Assembly (NCBI GenBank): GCA_044869275.1
Contig: JBIOXB010000020.1
Location: 1 to 34,022 of the forward strand
DNA length: 34,022 bases
Origin: a bacterium
Lineage (GTDB): Bacteria; Zhuqueibacterota; Zhuqueibacteria; Zhuqueibacterales; Zhuqueibacteraceae
Reading direction: 5' to 3'
Under the pieces are notes generated by a model, which had not been told where the DNA came from, did not search any database, and saw only the letters and a program-made list of their open reading frames with translations. This document shows positions 19,901 to 28,165 of the stretch, in pieces (position 1 is the stretch's first letter; each line of letters begins with the position of its first letter). The translations under genes were made by a program, and so were the position numbers.

Positions 19901-21318
19901 ACGCCGGCCTCGGCAGCGGAGATATTGACAACGACGGTCGCGACGAGCTGTTTCTCAATTTATTCCCTGATGGCTATGTGGTGGACTACGAAAACGGCCA
20001 AGCGCGCGTGGTGTGGCATCAACAACCCGTGCAGAGCAATGCCACTGTGGTAACAACATTGGAGCCAGGCCAGCCCCCGGCATTTTGCTTTTCGGATGGC
20101 GAAACGATGCGCGCTTTTGCCGCTCCCAATAGACAAACGGGCCCGCCTGCGCCGCAGGATTTCCAGGCGCGGCCGCGGAACGCCAACACGGTTTTGCTTT
20201 CCTGGCGAGCGGTGGAAGGGGCAGAGGCCTATGCTATTCATCGCGCGGCGGGTGATTCTTCGTCCCGCTTGGTTGAGCTCGTGGCTGGGAATCAATATGT
20301 CGATCATGATCTCGTCTCCGGGCAGAGCTATTCATATACACTCGCTACGATCGATTCGCAAGCTGTGCCCATGACCGGACCGCACACGCGCGTGCGTACG
20401 GCTCAGCCCTCCCCGCCGCCGCGGGTGTTGAGCGCGTGGTTTTTGCCACCGTATCATGTCGCGGTTCAGTTCAACGAAAGAATGTCGGAATCCCTGCGTC
20501 GCACGGATTTTTACCGTTTAAGAAAAATAGCCTCCTCTCGAGAACTGCAACAGCCGGAAAGTATTGTGGTCGGGCGTTCGGGCAGCGAAGCCATTTTGGC
20601 TTTCCCAAGTGCAAAACTGGAGGTAGGCGAGTATCAGGTGCACGTGAGTGGTGTGGAAGATGATGGCCGTGTGCCGCTGGACACGGTGGCGGCGAACGCC
20701 AGATTCAATATTCTGCCGGAAATTCCACGGTTTTATTTGACTGCCGCAGAATTGGATTCTCCCCAAAGCTTATTGCTGCAATTCAATCTGGCGGTGGAAA
20801 AAAGCAGCGCGAGCCGGAGGGAAAACTATGCTGTCGCCGCCGAGCCGGAATTTACCAAGCCCATGCAGATCAACGCCGCTTTCGTTTCTGAGAGCCATCC
20901 GGCGGCGGTGCGTTTGCGCCTGCAACCGGGCATGATCGCACCTTTGGGCAGATGTTTCTTGATTACCGCAAGAGAGGTGCGCAGTGCGAACGGCCTCCTG
21001 TTGCAGCGCGGTGAAGGCGACGCCATAGGATTCGCACTCGTGAGCCCAAATCTCGAGCAGATCAAAATCTATCCCAATCCTTTTATTGCCGCTCAACATG
21101 GCAGTTTAACCTTTGCCGGTTTGCCGGCGCAGGCCACCATCAAGATTTTGGATGAAAATGGCCGTGTGCATGTCACTTTGGAAGAGCACGACAACAACGG
21201 CGGCATCGCTTGGGACACGCGCGACGTTCAGGGCAGGCTTTTGCCCTCGGGAGTTTATGTTTGCTACGCGACCGCAGGAAAAGAAGCAACCTGGGCCAAG
21301 TTCGTGATCGTGCGCTGA
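16990..21318 (+). CDS. Large secreted S8 (subtilisin-like) serine protease with FG-GAP/VCBS repeats, FN3, Ig-like domains and a FlgD/T9SS-type C-terminal domain
   Basis: Signal peptide ending AAA-Q. Catalytic triad VIDTG, HGTAVAG, SGTSAAAP and oxyanion AAAGN. Repeated D(F/L)DGDGxxE loops. C-terminal IKIYPNPF...WDTRD..G..LPSGVY...KFVIVR. GGAGG RBS before ATG 16990. Confidence 0.92.
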   Translation: MLPAANCFSFGKLRRSALFLLNCFFSLALLLAPPAAAQPAAANEIIVKIKPAVSVQKKDQSGVEILRAAVAATLRAAGNYLALPALPEEFPGEEGRYVLLRFDQPPHNLSQLLQDLQHLPEIEAVQFNHLMSIDGRFLDPPSPYTPDKTPNDSLFAAQWGLQKIRAPQAWEVTAGSSGVLIAVIDTGLEFEHPDLQPNLWINAKEDLNHNGRRDASDENGRDEDGNGFIDDVIGWDFTDAPNFSDGGDYLQRDNDPSDENGHGTAVAGIIAAVANNHIGIAGLAPGTRVMALRAGNSQGLLEEDDVASAIVYAIMNGASVINMSFGDAVVSPMLRDVVRFAHRRGLVLVAAAGNSASAAPHYPAGFAETISVGASTISDRLASFSNYGATLDVVAPGENIWTTKIGKTYAAFSGTSAAAPFVAALSGLLWSRSPDWNNEMIRAAMQNSAANPGPGHGDRFFGAGRIDAAAAVQSHRVARAEVHSPAMDQGFSALPAEGGIIIRGTALGAFMTGYELSYGTGEDPTAWSTIGKTQNRQVLADSLGSWPLQNLSEGVYTLRLGVFQSSGANVEDRTRIFVDRTEPRLSRLRLLPMIDGNRHSVLIEFETDDLCHATLFWRAANSTGDFKPVPFNYFTRQHRFNFSQDIAAGELEFFLEATNRAELKIVDNNENRHYRLQLDRPEVYMTSFAELAAAPLQAIPAGHLLPRASDFNGNGWSELIVAVYARHRAYGPLTIFEKTAEGFAPRFVSSFSAIPRDVGDSDGDGRLEILAGLGARSFILETSAPGAFPSEVVWADSNDFWAARFADLDADGKNEIIGRRGEVYCVLENASDHSFDEVARLENFTPGENLTGVPHAEIGDFDGDGRNEILLGDADGDLYIYEAIRDNQFAATWKDSLPLHDSIDFIRALDFDGDGRQDFAAGCHSDPALNSENEYDARHWLFRLYRARADQQFEMVWEQRFFGMQSPRDFDAGLGSGDIDNDGRDELFLNLFPDGYVVDYENGQARVVWHQQPVQSNATVVTTLEPGQPPAFCFSDGETMRAFAAPNRQTGPPAPQDFQARPRNANTVLLSWRAVEGAEAYAIHRAAGDSSSRLVELVAGNQYVDHDLVSGQSYSYTLATIDSQAVPMTGPHTRVRTAQPSPPPRVLSAWFLPPYHVAVQFNERMSESLRRTDFYRLRKIASSRELQQPESIVVGRSGSEAILAFPSAKLEVGEYQVHVSGVEDDGRVPLDTVAANARFNILPEIPRFYLTAAELDSPQSLLLQFNLAVEKSSASRRENYAVAAEPEFTKPMQINAAFVSESHPAAVRLRLQPGMIAPLGRCFLITAREVRSANGLLLQRGEGDAIGFALVSPNLEQIKIYPNPFIAAQHGSLTFAGLPAQATIKILDENGRVHVTLEEHDNNGGIAWDTRDVQGRLLPSGVYVCYATAGKEATWAKFVIVR

Positions 21319-21482
21319 GGGCGAAAATAGCCATTGCTTCCTTCGGATTTCTTATTATCTTCACGCAGGTTTCGAGGGGATAGATTCGCCAAGACAACAT
21401 GGCAAGACCACTCGATCGGCAGCGATTGTCGTCCGGCATTGGCGCGAGCAGGTGCATAATACCAAAATCAACAGGTGAGATC

Positions 21483-22100
21483 ATGATCGTCGTCGGATTG
21501 ACGGGCGGGATTGGCTGTGGTAAGTCGGAGGTTGGCAAAATGCTGGCGCAAGCAGGATACACCGTGCTCGACGCCGACAAGCTGGCGCGCGAACTTTCCG
21601 ATGCCAATGCCGGCATCGTGTCCGCGATCAAAGAGGAATTCGGCGCAAACCTATATGGCGCAGACGGGCATTTAAAACGGAAAGCGCTGGCGGAGATCGT
21701 GTTCAACGATCGCAAGAAAATGGAGAAGCTCAACGGCATCATTCACCCGCGCGTCATTCGCGCGGTCGAACGTGAGCTGGAAGTGCGACAGAACCACGGC
21801 GAGCGTATGGTCTTCGTGGAAGCGGCCCTGCATTACGAGATCAAATGGAACGAGGCCATGGATGTCATGGTGGTGGTGAGCGCGCCCATGGCACTGCGCG
21901 TGCAGCGCATCATGAAACGCGATAATCTTAATGAAGAAGCCGTGCGCAAGCGCATGGCGCTGCAATTGCCTTTAGAAGAAAAAGTGAAGCGGGCGGATTA
22001 TGTGATTGAAAACGATGGCGATTTGAGCCAATTGCAGGAAGCGGTGCACAAATTGATCAACGGGCTGGCAGCGCCGTCGGCGGTTCTTTCCCAAGCCTGA
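21483..22100 (+). CDS. coaE: Dephospho-CoA kinase
   Basis: MIVVGLTGGIGCGKS, LDADKLAR, LNGIIHPRV, ADYVIENDG. Confidence 0.95.
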   Translation: MIVVGLTGGIGCGKSEVGKMLAQAGYTVLDADKLARELSDANAGIVSAIKEEFGANLYGADGHLKRKALAEIVFNDRKKMEKLNGIIHPRVIRAVERELEVRQNHGERMVFVEAALHYEIKWNEAMDVMVVVSAPMALRVQRIMKRDNLNEEAVRKRMALQLPLEEKVKRADYVIENDGDLSQLQEAVHKLINGLAAPSAVLSQA

Positions 22101-22142
22101 AAAATTTGAGCGGAGCTGAAGACGGCCTATCAACTCCGCTCA
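22101..22142 (-). terminator. Hairpin terminator between convergent coaE and the small minus-strand gene
   Basis: Stem TGAGCGGAG (22107-15)/CTCCGCTCA (22134-42). On the minus strand the stem extends through a G-U pair and is followed by AATTTT. Confidence 0.65.
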
Positions 22143-22204
22143 TCACGACAAACGCTCGCATGAATTTCAGGGAAACGCATCTGGCTATTCCCAAAACTGC
22201 CGCA

Positions 22205-22441
22205 CTATTCGGCAGCAATATAACCGGCGCAAGCACCGCCATCGGCGTGGCGGCAGGTGAATGTCCTTCCTTCGCCATTGTCTTCCGATACTTCGAAAGA
22301 TTCAGCATCACAAGGGGCGGAGAAATTGCCCTTGTTTTCCATGGTTGATGCCGCCTGCAGGCTGGCACGCAGCGGGCAGGTTGCGGCGACTTGCCGCAGA
22401 GTCTCGCGCGCTTGATCGGTTAATGTGATATTCGCCACCAT
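22205..22441 (-). CDS. Small hypothetical protein (78 aa) with four cysteines
   Basis: MVANITLTDQARETLRQVAATCPLR...PCDAE...FTCRHADGGACAGYIAAE. AGAGGA RBS upstream of ATG 22441, and a downstream terminator oriented for the minus strand. Confidence 0.65.
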   Translation of the reverse strand: MVANITLTDQARETLRQVAATCPLRASLQAASTMENKGNFSAPCDAESFEVSEDNGEGRTFTCRHADGGACAGYIAAE

Positions 22442-22715
22442 CAATTCCTCTGTGTTGAAGCGTGCAAGCCTGTCCTTGGCCGACACCATAGCCGCCTTGC
22501 TTGGCAACCCCGGCTGGCAATGCCGTTGTGAATTGGGCATAACAAAGTAAAATGTAAACATTCAAACCGTATGCCACTGCTGCCAGTAGCGCCGGAGGAC
22601 AATAAATGCCTGTTTTTCGACGCGGATTTTGTGGCGGGCGAGCCTCAGAACTTGTACGGCTGTTACTTTTTGGAGATTGCAGCGGTTTTTTGTTTGTGAG
22701 TGAAACAAACGGTTT

Positions 22716-23642
22716 ATGACCGCAAAATTTGAAATTGCCCCTGGCGCGCGCATCATTTCGGTGTCGCGGCGCACGGATATACCGGCCTACTACGCCGATT
22801 GGTTCATGCAACAAGTGGAGTGCGGTGAGGTGGTTTATCCCAATCCCATGAGCTTCAAGCCGGTGAAGCTCTCCCTGCGGCCGGAGCACGTTTTGTTTCT
22901 GGTGTTTTGGACGCGCAACCCGCATCCCTTGGAACGCCATCTCGCGCGCTTGGAAGAGATTTATCAGCGCGCGTTTTATTTCCACTTTACGATCAACGGC
23001 TTGCCGAAAAAGCTGGAAACGAACAATCCGCCGCTGGATTTCGCCCTGGCCACTTTTCAACGCTTCGCGCGCCGCTATCCGGATCAAGTTTTTTGGCGTT
23101 ATGATCCGATCTTGCTTTCCGATCTCACCCCGCCGGATTATCACGTGCAGAAATTCGGCGAGCTGTGCGAGCGTTTGGCCGGTGCCACCACGCGCTGTTA
23201 TTTCTCGTTTGTGAGTTGGTATCAAAAAGTGCGGCGAAATTTTGCGCAGGTGGAAAAAGCCGACGGCATCCAATTCCGTGAGGCGGAATGGGAGGAGCGT
23301 CTGCGCCTCACCGGGCAACTGGCGCAAATCGCCGCCCGCCATCACATAACCCTTTTTTCCTGCTGCCAAGACACGCTCTGCGCCGTGCCGCAGGTCGCCA
23401 AAGCGCATTGCGTGGATATCGAAACCATCCGTCTCATCGCCCCCGAGCGTTTTCGCAGATTACGCGCCGCGCCCACGCGCGCAGATTGCGGCTGTTACGA
23501 AAGCCGCGACCTGGGCTATTACGACAGTTGTCCGCACGGCTGCGTCTATTGCTATGCCAATTTGAACCGTGAAAAGGCGAGAAGTTTTTACGCCGAGTAT
23601 TTGAAAGCGCGCACCTTGCCTCTCGACCAGCCCGGGTGTTGA
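22716..23642 (+). CDS. DUF1848 family protein with a C-terminal radical-SAM-like CxxxCxxC motif
   Basis: IISVSRRTDIPAYYADWF, VFWTRNP, WRYDPI and CGCYESRDLGYYDSCPHGCVYCYA. Confidence 0.9.
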   Translation: MTAKFEIAPGARIISVSRRTDIPAYYADWFMQQVECGEVVYPNPMSFKPVKLSLRPEHVLFLVFWTRNPHPLERHLARLEEIYQRAFYFHFTINGLPKKLETNNPPLDFALATFQRFARRYPDQVFWRYDPILLSDLTPPDYHVQKFGELCERLAGATTRCYFSFVSWYQKVRRNFAQVEKADGIQFREAEWEERLRLTGQLAQIAARHHITLFSCCQDTLCAVPQVAKAHCVDIETIRLIAPERFRRLRAAPTRADCGCYESRDLGYYDSCPHGCVYCYANLNREKARSFYAEYLKARTLPLDQPGC

Positions 23643-23716
23643 GATTTTTTGCGTGCCAAGCCCGCGAGCGCCGGCAGCTCGAAGCCATTCACCACATACC
23701 CACACACGCCAAAAGC

Positions 23717-24361
23717 ATGAGCCAAGATCGACAAAGAACGAATATTCTCAAAAAAGCGGAGGCCCGGGCGATACAGTTTTTTTGCGCACACATGCCCGGA
23801 TGGGTCTATCCGGATCTGCTGACGATCTTCGGTTTTTTCGGCAGTTTGGTCGTATGCGCGGGATTGTGGCTGGCGAGGCACATTAACCCTCGCTTTCTGC
23901 TGCTTTCGATATTCGGCTTGGTGATTCATTGGTTCGGCGATTCGCTCGATGGCCGGCTGGCTTATTATCGCAACACGCCGCGCAAATGGTACGGCTGGGC
24001 GTTGGATATCAACGTCGATTGGACTTCTGCCTGTTTTATCGGCTTGGGGTTTTATTTCTATCTGGAGACTTTCAAAATCGTCGCCTTCGTTTTCGTCGTG
24101 GCCTATGGCGGATCGATGATTGTGGCATTGCTGCGTTACAAAATCACCGACAAGTACACGATCGATACTTTTATGTTCGGGCCGACGGAATTGCGTCTTT
24201 TGCTGGCCACCATGCTGCTGATCGAGTTTTACCGGCCGAAGACCTTGCTGCAATTCGGCTTTGCTGGTTCCTTGATTCTGGTCATCATCAACACGATCGA
24301 TTCTTACAAAGTCTTGAAGCTGGCCGACCAGAAAGATCGTGAGCTGAAAATGGCGAAATAG
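23717..24361 (+). CDS. CDP-alcohol phosphatidyltransferase family protein
   Basis: Signature GDSLDGRLAYYR....WYGWALDINVD (DxxDGxxA...GxxxDxxxD), PDLLT and several TM helices. Start at MSQDRQRTN. Confidence 0.88.
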   Translation: MSQDRQRTNILKKAEARAIQFFCAHMPGWVYPDLLTIFGFFGSLVVCAGLWLARHINPRFLLLSIFGLVIHWFGDSLDGRLAYYRNTPRKWYGWALDINVDWTSACFIGLGFYFYLETFKIVAFVFVVAYGGSMIVALLRYKITDKYTIDTFMFGPTELRLLLATMLLIEFYRPKTLLQFGFAGSLILVIINTIDSYKVLKLADQKDRELKMAK

Positions 24362-24391
24362 GATTTTCACCACGCACGAAGAGGACGACAT

Positions 24392-24955
24392 TTGGCTGAG
24401 CAATTACTCGTGCCCGAGACAAAATTGCTTGCGGCACTGTTGGGGCTATTTTGCCTGGTTGCCGGGCGGAGATATTTCGGAGTGGTCGTTGCTGCTCTCG
24501 GTTTTTTTATTGCGGCTTCGGCCGCGAAAGTGCGCCTCGGTGAGTCCAGCGCAGATGCGCGCACCACGATTCTGTTGTTGTCCACGCTCATTGCCATTGG
24601 CTGCGGCGCGTTCACGAAAATGTTCCGCAACATTGCCATCCCCATCGCCTGCTATACGATGGCAGGATATATTCTTTCATTGCACAGCAGCTCATGGGGA
24701 TTCACGGCGCCGGGAGACGTGCGGTTGACCTTCGTTCTCGGCGGCCTCGCCGGCTCCCTCCTCGTTGCTTTCGCACCCGATGCCGGATTGATCGTGCTTT
24801 CCTCGTTGCTGGGCTCACATTTGATTCTGCAATATTTCACCCTGGAAGACGAATGGCGCAAGTGGTTGATGATCTTGCTGCTGGTGGCCGGCGCATTGAT
24901 ACAAGGAGGAATATTTCAGAAGATGGGAGGCGCTAAGGCAACACCGAAGAAATGA
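24392..24955 (+). CDS. Polytopic membrane protein (DUF4203/TMEM198-like)
   Basis: About 6-7 Gly/Ala-rich hydrophobic helices ending GALIQ. TTG start with GAGGA RBS. Confidence 0.65.
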   Translation: MAEQLLVPETKLLAALLGLFCLVAGRRYFGVVVAALGFFIAASAAKVRLGESSADARTTILLLSTLIAIGCGAFTKMFRNIAIPIACYTMAGYILSLHSSSWGFTAPGDVRLTFVLGGLAGSLLVAFAPDAGLIVLSSLLGSHLILQYFTLEDEWRKWLMILLLVAGALIQGGIFQKMGGAKATPKK

Positions 24956-25010
24956 GGCGTCGCAACAGCAATCCCTTCACGGCCGAATGAAGTCCCGCCG
25001 GGTCCGCCAA

Positions 25011-25916
25011 TTAAAGTTTTTGGATTTGGTACCCTTTCGCCTGCAGCAATTGCAGCACGCTGTCTTTGCCGATCAAGTGCCCCACACCCACCACGATCAA
25101 ATAATCGTGCTCCTGTCTTAAGAATGCTTCGATCTGTGGCAGCCAGTTGTGGTTGCGTTCGGTGACCAGCTTCAGATAAATCTCCGGAAATTCTTTGAAA
25201 CTTTCGAGAAGTTTGGCCTCCAGAGACTGTTCCTCGCCCATGGACCACGCCTGCACCAGCTCATCCAGCTCTTTGGCAATGAGTTCCCAATCTTTCAGCG
25301 TCTGCAGCAAAAACGCTTCCTGGAGTTTGGGTGAAAGGCCGTCAACTCGATCCAATTGATATTCTGCCGTTTCGAAACTCAAAACTTTTTTTTGATCTCG
25401 TTTGGCTTTGTCGAAAAAGTACTTGTCGACGCCGAGATTTGGATCGAGCCCGAGCTGCTGCAATTTCATTACGGTGACAGTAATGCCCACCAGCCACGGC
25501 TCGAAATTATTGAACAGCGCCAGGCTCATCCCCATCTCGCGCATGCGCTCTTCCGCCAATTTATACGTTTCCGCCGACAAGCCGGTTTGCAGAGTTTTGC
25601 CGCTCGCATACATGCCTTTGGCCAGAGCGAGCGCTTGCATCCGCACCGGCGACAGGCTATCGGGATTCAATTCCAGCACGACGATTTCGGCTTCTTGAAA
25701 GGCACTCTCGAAGGCTTCGGGCAGGGGGTAGTTTTCTTTTTTGAGAAGATGGATCGAGCCCAGAATATAGACCGTATTCTTGGCCGAACTCACTCTCCAG
25801 AGACAATGTTTTTGATTTCTGCCGGTGTCGGCTTGAGCCGGAAGAGTGAGCACAAACAGAACAACGGCGAGAAAGATGCAAACCTGCTGCATCTTTTTGC
25901 AGCACAGGAAGAACAT
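25011..25916 (-). CDS. TraB/GumN (Tiki-like) family secreted protein
   Basis: Signal peptide (AQA-D), LWRVS..VYILGSIHLL, GVDKYF, FETAEYQL, ERNHNW, VVGVGHL. GGAG RBS before ATG 25916; alternative ATG 25892. Confidence 0.9.
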   Translation of the reverse strand: MFFLCCKKMQQVCIFLAVVLFVLTLPAQADTGRNQKHCLWRVSSAKNTVYILGSIHLLKKENYPLPEAFESAFQEAEIVVLELNPDSLSPVRMQALALAKGMYASGKTLQTGLSAETYKLAEERMREMGMSLALFNNFEPWLVGITVTVMKLQQLGLDPNLGVDKYFFDKAKRDQKKVLSFETAEYQLDRVDGLSPKLQEAFLLQTLKDWELIAKELDELVQAWSMGEEQSLEAKLLESFKEFPEIYLKLVTERNHNWLPQIEAFLRQEHDYLIVVGVGHLIGKDSVLQLLQAKGYQIQKL

Positions 25917-26086
25917 GACTGCTCCGATTCAGTGTGATGATATGTCCACTTGAAATTCCGAAACCTCGGCATGGGCAAGACTGCGCACCAGACTCGCGCG
26001 CCACCCGGTTTGCCTTCTGAACGGCATGAAAAATTGCCGGGTCGCATGTGCCGGCTCTCCTCACTTACACCAAGGCCCCTGTTGCC

Positions 26087-26115
26087 AATATGATGATCAT
26101 TGCACTGCCGGTCAA
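26087..26115 (-). promoter_or_regulatory. Possible promoter for the TraB/GumN gene
   Basis: TTGACC-17 bp-CATATT on the minus strand. Confidence 0.45.
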
Positions 26116-26130
26116 GAAAAAAGTAGCACC

Positions 26131-26159
26131 TTGCTTTTGCGCCGGGATTCCACTAATTT
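26131..26159 (+). promoter_or_regulatory. Possible promoter for the parvulin lipoprotein gene
   Basis: TTGCTT-17 bp-TAATTT, back-to-back with the preceding promoter. Confidence 0.45.
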
Positions 26160-26216
26160 ATTCAAGTGTTTTCTCTTGAATTGGGTGCACGAAATTCAAC
26201 GCCAAGGAGATCTTGT

Positions 26217-26675
26217 ATGCGAACTGCTCTGGGTTTACTTTTTGTTGCACTTTTCGTTTTTTCCTGCAGCAAGAAAGAAAATGAACAAGAATCAACAACT
26301 TCCGTGCCTGAGCCCGATCGCATTGAAGTGCAGCATATTCTCATCGCTTTCCAGGGGTCGATAGCCGGAAAAAACATCACCCGCACGCAGGCCGAAGCCG
26401 GTGATCTGGCCGAGCAAATTTTGGAAAAAGCGAAAAAGGGTGAGGATTTCGATGCATTGGTGAAGCAATATACGGATGATGCTTTCCCGGGCCGCTACAA
26501 AATGACGAATTACGGCATCCCGAACGATGCCGGCAAGGAAGAATACGAGCGCCGGCACATGGTTCCGGCCTTCGGCGACGTGGGCTTCAAGCTCAAAGCA
26601 GGCGAGACGGGCCTGGCCAAATACGATCCGGCCACCAGTCCCTACGGCTGGCACATCATCAAACGTTTGCAGTAA
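26217..26675 (+). CDS. Parvulin-type peptidyl-prolyl isomerase lipoprotein
   Basis: Lipobox VFS-C, VQHILIAF, DFDALVKQYTDD, MVPAFGDVGF, SPYGWHIIKR. AAGGAG RBS. Confidence 0.9.
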   Translation: MRTALGLLFVALFVFSCSKKENEQESTTSVPEPDRIEVQHILIAFQGSIAGKNITRTQAEAGDLAEQILEKAKKGEDFDALVKQYTDDAFPGRYKMTNYGIPNDAGKEEYERRHMVPAFGDVGFKLKAGETGLAKYDPATSPYGWHIIKRLQ

Positions 26676-26780
26676 ACAAATTGCTTGAATAAATCCTCCT
26701 CGTTGAGTAGTTTATATAGATTTTCCTGCCTCCGCGAGAGTGGTAGGTGATGCAACCCCCATTTTGACATACGAATTCTG

Positions 26781-28160
26781 ATGAAGCCTTCTCACGCACC
26801 GGCTGCTGCATCTTCACACCACCAGCGTCGTTTACAGCCGGCGCGAAAGCTCGCCTGCGAGATCCTGGCCGAAGCCGAGAAAGAAGAATTTTATCTCGAT
26901 CAGATTCTCGAGAAGCGTCTCGCGCGTACGCCATTATCGGCCGCCGACCGCGCGCTGGTTACGGCGCTCACGCACGGCGTGATGCGCTGGCGCGGACGCC
27001 TGGATTTCGAGCTCAGCAGGCAGTTTCGCAAGAATTATGCCTCCGCTCCGCCTCTGTTAAAGAGTATTCTGCGCACGGCTCTCTTTCAAATGCGTTTTAT
27101 GGATCGCATTCCGGCGTATGCCGCGATTCATGAAGCGGTGGCTTTGGCGCGGGCGAAATTCGGCGAGAATCTCGCGCGCTTGAGCAATGCCGTTTTGCGC
27201 GGCGCACAACGCGCACCTTATGTTTGGCCGCCGGTGGAAGCCCAGCTCGCCAACCACGATCTTGCGGGATTGTCGCACCGTCTGAGTTATCCGCTGTGGC
27301 TCCTGGCACGCTGGCTCGAAGAAAAAGGCGCACCAGAGACGCTCCTGCTCGCACAGGCGTTCAACGAAATTCCCGATATTCACCTGCGCCTCGTGCGCCC
27401 GGCACAAAATGCTGAAATTGTCTGGCAAGAACTGCGGCAACTTCATATCACTTACGCGCCGATTCCAGGCATGTCGCATATTTACAAACTTTCTCATGCC
27501 GATGACATTGCCGGCTTGCGGGCTTTCCGCGAAGGCGCTTGTACGGTGCAAGACGCGAGCACATGTTTGCCCACGCTCTTGGCCGCGCCGCATGCGGGTG
27601 AAACGATCATCGATCTCTGCGCTGCGCCCGGCGGCAAAGCGCTGCATCTCGCGGAAACGGTGGCGCCAGCAAGGGTCCTGGCAGTCGATATCCGCGCCCG
27701 GCGTTTGCGCTTGCTCACGGAATCGGCGGCACGCATGAAACTTTCCGTGCATGCGATTGTGAGCGACGCGCGGTATTTTTTCGCGCCGCCGGCAGACGTG
27801 GTCATAGTCGACGCGCCCTGTTCCGGTTTGGGCGTGCTGGGCCGCCGCAGCGACTTGCGCTGGCGGCGCAAGCCGGAAGATATTCCACAACTCGTGCAAT
27901 TGCAAAAAGAGATCCTCCATAATGCCGCGCGACTGGTGAAGGCCGGGGGGCGGTTGATCTACAGCACCTGCACGATCGTGCCGGAAGAAAACGAAGAAAT
28001 CGCCGTATGGTTTTTGCAGCAACACCCGGCATTCGTTCTGCAACCGGCGCACAACTTTTTGCCGGCGACTTTTTGCGACGAAAGCGGTTTTGTGAGATCC
28101 TGGCCGCATCGGCATCAAATGGACGGCAGCTTTGCGGCAAGGTTTTTGAAAGCGAGTTGA
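26781..28160 (+). CDS. rsmB: 16S rRNA m5C967 methyltransferase RsmB/Sun
   Basis: NusB-like N-terminus, DLCAAPGGK, DAPCSGLG, YSTCT and MDGSFAARF. Confidence 0.93.
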   Translation: MKPSHAPAAASSHHQRRLQPARKLACEILAEAEKEEFYLDQILEKRLARTPLSAADRALVTALTHGVMRWRGRLDFELSRQFRKNYASAPPLLKSILRTALFQMRFMDRIPAYAAIHEAVALARAKFGENLARLSNAVLRGAQRAPYVWPPVEAQLANHDLAGLSHRLSYPLWLLARWLEEKGAPETLLLAQAFNEIPDIHLRLVRPAQNAEIVWQELRQLHITYAPIPGMSHIYKLSHADDIAGLRAFREGACTVQDASTCLPTLLAAPHAGETIIDLCAAPGGKALHLAETVAPARVLAVDIRARRLRLLTESAARMKLSVHAIVSDARYFFAPPADVVIVDAPCSGLGVLGRRSDLRWRRKPEDIPQLVQLQKEILHNAARLVKAGGRLIYSTCTIVPEENEEIAVWFLQQHPAFVLQPAHNFLPATFCDESGFVRSWPHRHQMDGSFAARFLKAS

Positions 28161-28165
28161 TCGAA

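Noticed and set aside
21386..21444. Possible riboswitch in the coaE leader (CGCCAA/TTGGCG and GACAA/TTGTC stems)
   Set aside because: Only two short stems, no recognisable aptamer core, and no terminator or anti-SD platform.
22106..22348. 80-aa plus-strand ORF after coaE
   Set aside because: Its TTG start lies inside the terminator hairpin and has no RBS. The antisense ORF has RBS and terminator support.
25980..26018. Resemblance to a c-di-GMP-I riboswitch (GGCAAACC...GGTGCGCA on the minus strand)
   Set aside because: It lacks the GNRA tetraloop, the GCAAA junction and the second receptor stem.
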